From positions 180,172,001 through 180,236,000 of the forward strand of contig JBITNC010000001.1 of the NCBI GenBank assembly GCA_050084985.1: a stretch of 64,000 nt of DNA. The letters run 5' to 3'. The position numbers and the translations under genes were made by a program. A model generated the notes under the pieces. The model saw nothing but the letters and a program-made list of their open reading frames with translations, had not been told where the DNA came from and did not search any database. Positions 1 to 11,479 of the stretch are shown here, piece by piece (within the stretch, counting starts at the first letter, position 1; the number at the start of each line of letters is the position of its first letter). This DNA is from Nageia nagi. Lineage: Eukaryota > Plantae > Pinophyta.

Positions 1-1405
1 CATGTACTTATTTCAAAAACACTAGGCCCCTTGTTGAAGCAACCAAAAACTTGATGAGTATCTGGCCTCTTCCATCCATCCATCCATCCATCAAACATAA
101 TAATGCAGCCCTTCCCCATCAAAGATCCGTCCATTCACCAAATGGTCCTTGATAGTCATCATATGTTGGGGTTTGAACCCCACACAATAAATTGTCAATG
201 TGTTCACTATAGCCTTATTGTATGGTAACCTTGTAGCATTTAATGGAATATTGTTAAAATGTCAAAAAATTGCCATTGCTTTTCTTGCCTTTGCATGCTT
301 TTGCTTGTTTCAGCTGGTTGCCTCAAGTGATTGTTGGCCACTTGAACTGTTATGAGGAATAAAAAGTGAACTGGCAATAAATTGTGATTGCGAGGTAGAA
401 TCAACTACAAAGTAGCCATAATGGTACCTAGGCCTAACGCTACTCTTAGTGGCACCAAGCATAGAAGCTGAAGTGGCATAAATGCTACCCTTTTTTTTGC
501 CTTGGTTTTCTGCTTTTGCTCCTTGAGAATGAAGGCACTCATCTCTTGCATTACCTCTAGTTCTCTATTTGAAATGCGGGCAAGATAGTATTCAACATAG
601 TTGATCCCACCATGTATATCTTTGCTGTATTAGTTGCATTCCAATTGCCTGCCCATTTCCTTGCAGTGTTTACAACTTTCCATTCAAGGTCTCTTTCTAT
701 ATGTATTTTTTCCTCTTAAATTTTAAATTGCATCATTATGATTAAAGAAAATAAATTACAAACTCAGTTGTAGAAAAAAACAGTCTCAGAAAAAAAAACA
801 GCTTTAGGAAAAGAAAACGCAGGCTTAATAAAGAAAAACTCACTAGTCACTTGTTAGGGTTGTGGTATATGATTTCGATATCGGTACTCTGTAGGTTGGA
901 AGTTGCTCTATTGCGTTTCTGCCAGTGCAGCCAAATAATTTGCACACAAATTACTGAGTAATTGACCCTGCAAATAATCGCCAAATATTCAGCCAAACTT
1001 GCATATTCCTACATTTTTGCCTGCGCAGATGAATAATTTGCATGTTATTAGCGAATCACCAAATAATTGGCCTTATTGAAAAATTCCGCAAAAATCACAT
1101 ATACTCTTCCATTTTTGCTAGCGAAGCCAAATAATTTGTGTGGGATTGACGGATAGCTGAATAATTGGCTTCTCAAATAATTGCCAAGTACTCAGCAAAA
1201 ATCGCATATTCTTATGTTTTTGCCAGTGCAGCTGAATAATTTGCGTAGGATTCACAAATTGTCAAATAATTGAAAAATATTTGGCAAAAATCGTATATTC
1301 TGGAATATGAGATTTTTACCGAATTTTCCATTGATTATCTGTCTGACCTGATTTGATGAACAATTGGTTAAATAATCTGATTATTCATTGAATTTCTTAA
1401 CACTG
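1..1405 (-). mobile_element. hAT DNA transposon relic (5' end, BED finger and DUF659-type transposase N-terminus), running off the left edge of the window
   Basis: Minus-strand terminus CAGTGTTAAGAA at 1405-1394. Degenerate minus-strand translation gives BED-like ...SKDIHGGIN..YYLARI (~570-640), QQSLEATS*NKQKHAKARKAMAIF*HFNNIPLNATR (~230-345) and GCIIMFDGW...LIKFLVASTRGLVFLK (~10-115), matching the hAT motif GCTIMSDGWTD...LINFLV...GTVFLKS. Confidence 0.85.
920..1390. repeat. Subterminal degenerate ~100-bp tandem units rich in (C/G)AAATAATT/GAATAATT motifs
   Basis: About four units of TTTTTGC(C/T)AG(C/T)G(C/A)AG..AATAATTTG...GCAAAAATC(G/A)CATAT adjacent to the hAT terminus, typical of transposase-binding arrays. 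Confidence 0.75.
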
Positions 1406-1475
1406 TGGAATAGTCAAATTGCCAATTTGCTGTTGCGCTCATTACTTTAGGCATCTTGTCACGTGATTTTTAAGG

Positions 1476-1700
1476 AATTACACAATTTCAGAATTTCTCC
1501 TTCATGATGGAGTTGAAGCTATAAGTGGGCAGTGAGTCCAACAAGGAAGACAGCTTTGGAAGAAGATATTTTTATAGAAGGCAACAAAAAATGAATTATA
1601 CAATTTCTTCTTCATGATGGAGTTGTTGAAGCTATAAGTAGGCAGTGAGTCCAGCAAGTAAGAAAGTTTTGGAAGAAGACATTTTCATAGAAGGCAATGA
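1476..1700. repeat. Tandem duplication of a ~115-bp unit
   Basis: TTCATGATGGAGTTG..AAGCTATAAGT.GGCAGTGAGTCCA.CAAG.AAGA.AG.TTTGGAAGAAGA.ATTTT.ATAGAAGGCAA occurs twice in succession. Confidence 0.85.
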
Positions 1701-2449
1701 AAACACTGTTTTGGGTCAAGTTCTGTACTTGTACGAATGCTAGTTCAGGAAAGTTTCTGTTCTTTATTATTTTGTTTTTAATAGAGTTTCACCGATAGGA
1801 TATGTATTATTTCTATAATAATAATAGTTTCTTTATTCTAGAAAAGTAATCCATTTAAATTTTTTTCTCAAGATCACTACTTGCAGTTTCTGCTTATTGC
1901 CTAATGTTTGCCTAGTCCCCCTTGTTTTAGTGATAGTTCATGTAGGACACATTACATTTTCCGTATATTAGGAAATTAGATAGATCATTTGAAACTAAGA
2001 TTAAGTTACACTGCAGACATAAAAATATATTTGCACAACCAAGTTAGATTTGGTGGAATATTCCTTCAAAATTATGCACCATATCTGTATTAAGGGCCGA
2101 AGGGTCTTTAGCAAAGATAGATCATCTATTTTAATGCCACCTTAGAGAAGCAATGGAAACTGAAAAACACAGAATTAAACTTAACAGGGATGATGGTTGG
2201 TCTTTAGAAGAATGGATGCTGGTTATTAAGGAAACTAAAACTGATCAATAAAAAAATCACAATTATAAACGTTGATGACTGAAACTCTGTTAACGGTACC
2301 AACCATAATATTAATTAATTGATAAGATCTAGTATATATAGCTTTACAAATAAAAAACTGATTTTATTATTAAGAGCCAACAATGTTGGACAACTCAATC
2401 ACTTTAAACTTGGAAACAAGAGAGTTTCCATATTAACATGAATCAATTA

Positions 2450-5227
2450 TGAGTTATCTCTTTTTATTATTCTTAGATGGAGGGTCAAGTGTTGTGTCCT
2501 GAAATGCTGAATTTATTAGAATCCAATTCATCTTACTGCAGAAGTAAACCTGAAAGATAACTTGTGTACTGTGGAAGTATTTGAAACCTTGTTTATGCAA
2601 GTCCAAGTGACTTGTTTTCAGCCACTTGGACTTGTTTTCAGGATGTAGTTTCCAGCACTGCTTTGTTGTATGACCATCCACATTGCAATTGTCGCAATGT
2701 TTGTCTCCTTCTGACACAAAAATAGTTTTCTTTGGCTAAGGCTGGGAACCCTTCGCCTTCACAACAACTTATGATGAATTACTGTGATTTGATGTTGATT
2801 TTTCTTGCATTGGTTTTTAGCTCCTCATGTCTAGGTACATGCCTTTGACGCACACCTATCAATGCTTGTGACATTAAAGATTGCCAACTTTGTCTTAAGA
2901 TAAGTATGCAATCTTCCTTTGAATTTCCTCAATACTTGAAGGTTGATATTCAGCAACATTTCTTGCTTCCAAAATTCAGTAGTGTAATCAAGTTCTTTTG
3001 TATCAACTCCATCAAATTTTGGAGATTGTTTTCCATAATCAGAAAACGTCTTTCAAATTCCTTAGTCGACATTTTTGATTGTTGTGTATCCTCTTTGGCC
3101 ATTGTTAGCACATGTTTGCAATAAGGGTCGTATGTGTGATGTTTCCAAATTATTCTTATTCCAAATTATTAGTAAATCAAGCAACAATTCAGGGAATAAG
3201 CAAAAACCATAAAATCATGCCGCAAAAATACCCAACGCACAAGCCAAAATGAGAGAATAATGGCAACTCTCAATATTAAGCAACAATGGAGCAAGATACA
3301 AACAATATGGTCCAATAGGGTTGGCATTTGGCTTAAGGGACCAGATCTAGGGCACAACAGACTCCAAATGCTACTGGAAGCTGATGTCACATTGCTAGGG
3401 CTTTCAACCCTTGGATCTGAGATGCAAGACTGGATTGACGAAGGGTTTCCATCTTTAGCCAAAATATAGTGAGGGCTACATCCCACTAAACCCTTCCCTC
3501 GTTGAGTTTTCGTCCAACAAGAGGCCCAAGAGATGGTGCTGCCACTTCGAAGGTAGAAGATGTAGAATATGCTCAATGATGCCCCCTCAATGCTGTGCTA
3601 GGCCAATATATAGGTGATACTCCATAATGGATGTCTAGATGATACCTAGGAATCCATAAGGATATAGCGCCTCACCCCATGCACATGGATTGGCCTTGAG
3701 ATCCACATAATCACTCTTCGTAGTCATCACAATTATGCATAATGCTAATAAACACTCCTTACTATAAAAGGGTACATAAAGACTCCTAATTACATAGCTC
3801 ACTCCTAGATACAATCAACTACTAATCCATATCCATAAGAGAGGGCCATCACATAGATCAAGCCCACTAAATGGGAGAATATATTAAATTTCCACGCACA
3901 TGACTATGGAAGACTGGTATGGCAGGCAAACTTCAAAATACAATATCTCACTCGTTTCTTGATGAAACCATGTCGTATAACCTATCAAAACGTTTGGCAC
4001 AAGATGCTCTATCTAATCTAGGAGACAAATCAACAAAATCAGGACCTATGGCAAGGTTGGATCTCAATAAAAGGAACAATACTAAAAATGGAACATCACA
4101 GGATAGAAGTAACTCTTTTGTGTAGTGATCTCTTCCCTTGCATGAACATAGCCCGTAGAGGAGAATGACTTTGATACTACTTGATCTGTAATCAAGTGCA
4201 AAAACTATGGACCTACTTCTTCACTATAAATTCTTTTACTTATGCACAATTAATTTTCAATGTTCAAACTTATCGCAATTGAATCAAAATAGTTAGATAT
4301 TTGAAAGACAATAATTAGCAGTGACGATACCTAACTGCACTCACCTCATGCACACATTTGAACATAGAATTTATAGTGGAAAACCCCAAACAGGTAAAAC
4401 CATTATGAAAGAGCTTGGAATTATATTAAGCACAAGCAAATGAATGATATTTACAACTTCACAAGGTCAACAATACCAATCGTTGTTGAGGAGGATTCAG
4501 TTAGCTTTTTATGTCATAATAATAAACCTTTGGTTTGTGGTTCTATTCTCTACTTCACCTCAATTTTCAGAACCCTATTCTTGTTCACTCAAGCTATTGT
4601 AATCTCTAATGATTTCTAACAAATGAATGATATTTCTCTAGCCTTCTCTGCAAGAACGAGTCTCCCTTTTTATAGTCTCCAAAGTGACCTTCTATATCCA
4701 AGAAATTCCAATCTAAATTCTAGGCAAATTGGACGTATAATCATTTGAAGTTTTGTAAAAAGATTGCCCCCTAAGGTTAAAAAAATGATTTTTTTTAGTG
4801 ATTTTTGGGGAGAAATGGTGACAATATGAGGGCAATTAGTGGGCCAAATTTTAGATGAATTGAAGTTATATTGATCAAATTATTGCATAATTAAGTTTTC
4901 TCCACAAAAATCACTTCCAGTGCTACAAATCAACAAAATTTCTAGGACGTTTTGGTGAGAAGATTGAAATCTAGGCAATTGCCTTATATTTAAATTCGCA
5001 GCTGATTTTATACATTTTGAGGAAGTTATTGTAATTATAGTATTTGGGTGTCATATGATTTTCAAGGATTTGGAGATCAAATTTGCTTCCTAGGGCTCAA
5101 AACAATATACTTTTTAGAGATTTTTGTGAGTAGTAATAAACCTAGCAAAATGAACTACATGCAAAATTTCAGCTAATTTTGATTTGTTTCAAAAACGTTA
5201 ATTAAATTTTTAAGTTTGTGGATATCA
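2450..5227 (-). mobile_element. Degenerate Ty3/gypsy fragment(s): Gag zinc knuckle, PBS and probable 5' LTR
   Basis: ORF 2454-2717 carries CCHC HCDNCNVDGHTTKQCWKLHPE. A decayed tRNA-iMet PBS (CTTTGATACTA, 4169-4179) is followed by LTR-like sequence TGAT...ATCA (~4182-5227). Boundaries are approximate and the region may be composite. Confidence 0.6.
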
Positions 5228-5299
5228 CTAGCTCATAAAGTGCATTACAGAAAATTGTTTAGATTGGGTACAGTTTTGGAAGGCTAATAAAAATAGAGG

Positions 5300-8200
5300 A
5301 AATGTGAATTATCTAAAATTTTGATTGAAGTCTTAATCCACATCCAAATCTTTGTGAAATAAAAAAAGAAATTTGTTGAGGTATGAGATTTATCATAGCT
5401 ACATGGGAGTTGAACATTAGTGATTTAAGATCATGGTTCGTAAGAAGAAAATGTATGATGATTTTGATTTCGACTATGATTATGGTGAGATACATCAATA
5501 ACTTTGGATTATACATTTTATACACCTAAGTTAGAAATTAAGAAATTTGATGGTACAATCTTATTAGTTGGATACATGAAATTAGAAAAGAATTCATATA
5601 GCATTATATACATTGTGATAGAAGTCTTTGTTTAACTATTAATTATTTGAGTGATAATGTCAAGAAATGGATGATGTGCCAATATAGAGGTAGTTCGTGA
5701 ATATGCTTATTGGGAAGTATAATGAACCAAATACTAATGATGAGGAAATAAAGTACGATTTTCATTCCAATTTTAATTTTGGGAGTATCATGATTTTTCA
5801 AAAAGACCTTCAAAGCTATGGTCTAAACTTTTCGAACGAATTCAAGGCGTATAAAACTCAAAACAAAGTGAAATACCATTGGTGTACTTGAGTAGATTGG
5901 ATTATGAAGAACAAAAAGCTAAGAAAATTTGTATTCTTTGTGATACCAAAAGGACATAACTGTAAAATGAAAAAGATTTTAAGTATTGACTTGAATGAAT
6001 TGGATGATGAAAGATATAAAGACATTATGACATGGAAGAATAAGAGGAGGGAAATTGTAAGCATGTTTATAGACAAAATAGGAGTAAAGATTAAGAAACT
6101 ACTTGGATAGAACTCAAAACTAGAAGAATGGAAAAATATAGAAAATGTTATTTAAGCATGCATATCCCTATACCTATTCAAGAAATTTAAAACGGGGACA
6201 AGGTAATATAAAGCATAATTATTGTACAAAATATGCAATCAAGAAGACTACAATATGGGATGTAACTACACTTCAAAAGCAGAAGTTGGTAAAGCAAAGA
6301 AAAAGAAGACTTAGGGACAGAAAAGAAGACTTAGGGACATCAAATTCTGAAATCTTATGATTTTATGGATTCTTCAAATTCTCTTGGTAATGAACATTTG
6401 AATGCCTTGTCTTTTATATCATCTCTTACATCTTTTATTCCTTATGAAGATAATAAGAATACATTTGAGGCTTCATTTCAGTGTGATTCCATGGGTTTTT
6501 ATGTTGAAAAACAGGGTGATATTAAATTATTAATGTTGCAAAGGCATGTCTTGTTAAGGCTTCTATTGGGAATCATTGTATTGGTACAGAAATGGAAACT
6601 CTTTCAACTGGTATTGAAATACAAACTCCTTCACTTGGTTCATAAATGGAAACTACTCATGAGGTATGGTGTGATGCAAATTCTTGTAATGGTCCACTTT
6701 CTTGTACTCTCATTGATGAGCATTCTACAGACCTTGACAATTTTCTGTTACATCCATTAGTTGATGGTCATACCTCTTGCCATTTTGATTCGATTAATTC
6801 TTTGAAATATATGTTGGTTATGAGAACATTGTTGAGGAATCTTTTATGGATACAAGTGTTGTTGAAGATTCTCGCAAAAGTTCAAAGAGATATTGAGTGG
6901 GAGGCCCCTTCTATAGTTGAGGACACAAATTTATTGGATTATTCTTTCCAAAAACATATTTAATCTTCTTTCAATAACAAGAAGCTCTTCCATACAAGAT
7001 ATTGGGTCTTTTACTATGAGAAGCTCACTTGTTGAGGAATATGATTTAAGATGTCGGATTGTGCTTCGTAAGGCTATTGACCCAAATGAAGGATAACCAT
7101 TTACAATACCATAGAGAAAAAATTTAGAAATCTCATCTCTATTACATGGTAAAATTAGCATAACGGGTATGTGGTTCTTGATGAAAACACTATTGAATAG
7201 TGCTTTCAAGTTAGTTTATCTTGGAAATGGAGTTTTGGATTCTTCTCAAGTTATGGATGTCGAGGATAAAGGTTCATAAAACTATTTTTTTGTTACAATT
7301 TGGAGCATAACAATATTCATGAGAATGTTCTTTATAATATGGTTCACTTGATTGAACATAAAATTTTTCTTCATGATGAGGTTGAGTGTATAATTCATGA
7401 TGATTCTTGTGATTAAACCCTTTGTTATATTCCTTCTATTCTCAAGGATAATACCAATTAGGATATTTTTCCTTTTCATTTTGAGGTGGATGATATGGTT
7501 ATAGATCCTTAGTCTTACAAATCTTGTAATGGTATTCATGTTAATAAACATATGGTTTCTCATGAGGTTCTTTGTCATGATGCACATTATTCACTTATTC
7601 ATGTCTCTTACAAATCATTTGGACATGTGAGGGAAATATTTCAAGTTGATCTCGTATTTTCTTAGATTATTGAGATGGTTCTCTTTTGGATGATATCTTA
7701 CTTTATGTTGATCTCAGTGGAGTTTATGAAGTTTTGGGAAACAATTGTCACCCCATAAAAAGGAAAAGAAAGACATTCATTTGGACTATTCTAATACAAG
7801 ACATATATGGATCTCTTCTTATATTTAGAAAGGATTGCTACGTTTGATTTTTCATGATCAACCATCACTTATGCTATTGTTGAGATCTCATTGAAATGAT
7901 GGAAATTGAAATGAATACTTTTGGAGCACAAGTGTCAACAAACTAATTTTATTATTGTATGAGAAGTATGATGTTTTTTTAAGGTCTATAAAAAGGTCTC
8001 CTTCAAGGAAAACATTCTAAGAAAGAAGAAAATGATTATCACATGGGCATTAAGTAAAGTGTTGAAGTTCATGACCATAAACTGCTTAGCAAGGCATCAT
8101 AGCAAATGTATAAATTTAGGATTGAAGATGAGGACTAGCCGTCAACTATTAGAGTGGTGGAGCGAAAAGGTGCCAACCAAGAAAAATATATTGAAGGACT

Positions 8201-9355
8201 TCAAGGAACAAGCCAAGATTTGGGAACCTGAAATAACTTATAGGAATATCACACAAGAAGATAATGCCATATAGGAATTGAGAGCAAAGCTCAAGGATTC
8301 TGGAAGAATGGAGAGAGCATGACAAGCTATCAAAGAAACATGTTTGTGATCATGATCATAATATAGAAAGATTACAATCTTTTGAAGACTTCAAAAAATA
8401 CTCAAGCCTTGAGGATAAAGCTTTTCAAAGAGGGAATGCATGTTATGATTCCTTATCTGGCCTAGGTTGGTTACACCTTATGTGGGGTGAAAGCATTATT
8501 AGAAGTAATATCATAAAATAAGAGTACATGTCCTACCTATTATCATTATTGGAAAATCATATCTTCATTGCTCAATCACAATATTTGGAGGTTGCTCCCT
8601 TGAAGTGGCTTCTCCTGCTTGAAGTGGTGGAAGCTATCATATTTGGACTTTTATTCATCAATACTTTGGATTTGGCTATTGCTAATTATTCTTCATTTGA
8701 CATTATATGTTGATATTATTCTTGTTGGAAAGATAATGCTGATCAAATATGCAAAAGACAAATCTAACTCAAGTTCTTGTATTTCACGAGTGTTTATTTC
8801 AAAATTGTAATAGTAACTTGTATATTCTCTTGTATGATAGTTAGGAAGAAGAATTTGTGACTGAAGGCAAAATAAAACGTTATTCCCAGTCCTTCAATAG
8901 TGTAGAACGAGTTAGTTATAGTAGATTGAGTTGAAAAGCTGCTGTTGTGATTTTGTGTGTATAACTTGTCTTGTAATTGCTGTTATGCAACTAAGTAATG
9001 AAGAAAATCATTCACGCTCCATTCTGCGTTAAGTTTTTGATGTATGTTTGCTGAATCTAGCTTTGTTTCGCAGTTTAGATCACTTTTTTGCAAGTGTAAA
9101 TCTGTTTCAGCACCCATTCCTAGAATGCCTATGTTTAGTCCTCTTCGCCCTAGATAGCTAGAGTTTTGGAACCCCTATCCCAGAACGTCTACGTTCTTAT
9201 CCTGGGCCATTTTTGAGCACGGTAAAGGGTGCTTGGTAAATTTTGGGTACTTTGTTGAGATCTCATCTTTTACAATTCTTCCATTGGTCTTCAATTTTTC
9301 TATTTTGATATAAATGAGATATTATTATGGTATTTCTATTAGTTGGTTCATAACA
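5300..9355 (+). mobile_element. Degenerate Ty3/gypsy (chromovirus-like) element lacking a visible 5' LTR
   Basis: Gag remnants FDGT (~5547) and LSRLDYEEQKAKKICILCDTK..GHNCK (~5888-5965). IWEPE chromodomain-like remnant at ~8220. LEDKAFQRG terminal motif/PPT precedes the LTR at 8441. Confidence 0.65.
8441..9355 (+). repeat. 3' LTR (915 bp)
   Basis: Perfect 8-bp inverted termini TGTTATGA...TCATAACA, directly after purine tract AAAGAGGGAATGCA. Confidence 0.7.
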
Positions 9356-10600
9356 TCTTTCTTGTCATAGTTAAGGTGTTTTAAGGTTTTAATGAAGGGT
9401 GTTATTTACTTTTACATGTTTCCCTATTCTCTTATAAATTAATCATTGAGTGGAGGTATGGTTGAGGGCTTACTGCTTTCTAACCTGTTTTTTAAATTTT
9501 TGGAAGGGTGATATTTACAAGTGACATTTCCTAATGAGGACATGGTAGATGTTGTAATGACCCATGCTATGGGTAGTTTTTGATAGATATTTTGAAGATC
9601 TCTTATGGGATACATTACATTATCCTCTTGTGTTTATGACAGCAAAAAATCTCTTTTGTTATGCTTATTACTTTTGTCATTTTCTTCTGCTTCTTCTCAC
9701 TATGGTTAGTAGCATTGACCAACATTCAACCCAATGTACATATTTTGCACCTCATTATATCTATGCATAAATATGGGCAAAATAGTAAAGTGATATAATT
9801 AAAAATTAGTATGAAGTAAGCAATGAAGAGATGTTCTACCATTCTAGACATGGCTTTCTCTTTTGGACTGCAAATCCTCTAGAACGAATTTGAATAGTTT
9901 GCATGTCCTTGTTTAGTAGTTGGGAATAAATTTCGAGAACTTGGTGTGTTATTTATTTATTTAATGGGTTGATGATACATGAATGAGTATGTAACGGATG
10001 CTTGTACAGAAACAGTTGCTTCTTATCTAATCTTATTTTTGTGATGTGGTCCCTACTATAAAATGTTTTCTGGCTAGTAACTTGTATGAAAGAGGGATAG
10101 TATAATCATGCATTTTTTTGTCCAAGAATTAGCCAAATCCTTTGAATATTTGGTGGTGACAGTGGTGAATGAGTTGGAAAGTGCTGTAGTTACCTTCATC
10201 CCTCTTCAAAAAATTAAAACCAATTTCATCAAGAAAACACCATTCTGCTGATACACAGAATCCTTTATTTTTTGTGAAAATATGAGCAAATTGTAATATG
10301 ATCATTTTTGCCTCTTCTTGAGGAGAATCGCAAGATCTTTATCCTTATAATGGAAATTAAAATTACCAGTATCTTATGAATTCTAGAATATGGATGTCCC
10401 CTTATTTTGTTTTTCTCAATTGGACTGCCTAGAGACATTGGTTACTACAAGAATTATGCGGACTTGCATTCATAATAATTGTAAACATTGATAGCTAACA
10501 TGGATCAACTTATTTACCTCAGCATGAATTTCTAGTAGGTATTTTACCACATGCTTTACAAAGGAATAATTTGACTAGACTTACAGATTGAATCCTTCAG

Positions 10601-10708
10601 GGTCTTCAACGTACTTGCAGTGCTTTGCAAGTGTTGCAGTCTGTGGAACAATTCTTCTTGGCATGCAATGCTTCATGCAAAACTGATCTGTCATCATTTT
10701 CAGCGACT
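10601..10708 (+). CDS. FIO1: FIONA1/METTL16 U6 snRNA N6-adenosine methyltransferase, internal exon (GLQRTCSALQVLQSVEQFFLACNASCKTDLSSFSAT)
   Basis: TCCTTCAG acceptor, GTATGT donor, 108 nt, phase 0-0. Peptide matches my recollection of the Arabidopsis FIO1 C-terminus (GIKRQFSAVDVLQSVEEFFKSCGASCKLNSSTFSV). Upstream exons lie outside the window. Confidence 0.9.
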
Positions 10709-10808
10709 GTATGTTTTGCTGGCCTTATTCCTATTAGATGAATTTCTGCATCTATAAATCCATATCAGTAAATCATTCGGGTAATGCTTTGATTCTTTAG
10801 CTGTGCAG

Positions 10809-10958
10809 GTCCAAATTCCGGATAAATGCTGTCAAGAAGTTTTAAAAGATTGTTCACGGAAGTATGGCATAGAGCCATTGGATGAAATGGCAACAGAATC
10901 TATTGAAAAACAAGGTGTCTTTGATGGCGGGTCAGATAGCCTATCATTTCGAGTTTCA
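10809..10958 (+). CDS. FIO1: FIONA1 exon (VQIPDKCCQEVLK...GSDSLSFRVS)
   Basis: GTGCAG acceptor, GTAAGT donor, 150 nt in frame after a 100-nt intron. Ends in the conserved LSFR(I/V)S motif. Confidence 0.9.
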
Positions 10959-11059
10959 GTAAGTTACTTTGACATAATATCTACGTCATGTAACATTAAA
11001 ATTGACAAGTGCCTACGGCAGTAAAATAGAATGACAGAGAAGACACTGTAAAAAATGTA

Positions 11060-11445
11060 TATTACATTAATCATTAGAATGCTTAAATAATGTACAATAG
11101 GATTGACAAGCCTCAGAGCTAAGTCCTTGGTAGCTGCCTATGAACTGGGCTGGTAAATTACAACTAACATACATGCAGTAATGCCACAGCAGTGAGTTGT
11201 ACAGTTCACTAAGTGAGATGGAAAACTCACTCAAATAGATTACATGCTTCAGAAGTTACGTATATTGATCAGTAATTCACTAATACTTACTTCCAAGTGA
11301 CTAGAAGCCAACTGAGACACAACAACATGTGAGGTATTTATCTGCTTGAAGAACTCCTGAGGATTTTGGGTTGTTCCTAAGCCCATTATATCCAGTGTGA
11401 GGAGAGAAAAATCTGTCCAATAGCACAATATTTACATTCTCATCA
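11060..11445. repeat. Old LTR-like direct repeat, copy 1 (copy 2 at 15910-16206)
   Basis: Shared TTAATCATTAGAA.GCTTAAATAATGT...GACAAGCCT..AGCTA.G.CCTTG.TAGCTG.C.ATGAA...AATAGCACAA. Clearly diverged, no TSD found. Confidence 0.7.
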
Positions 11446-11479
11446 TTTCCTCCTAGCGTATAAGTTGTACCTAACTCTG

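Noticed and set aside
70-235. tRNA-derived SINE (GGTTCAAACCCC B-box-like motif plus GATG-repeat tail on the minus strand)
   Set aside because: The same bases translate as hAT transposase motifs (GFKP, GCIIMFDGW) in continuity with the flanking coding remnants.
920-1390. CRISPR-like array
   Set aside because: Degenerate units without unique spacers, in a eukaryotic transposon subterminal context.
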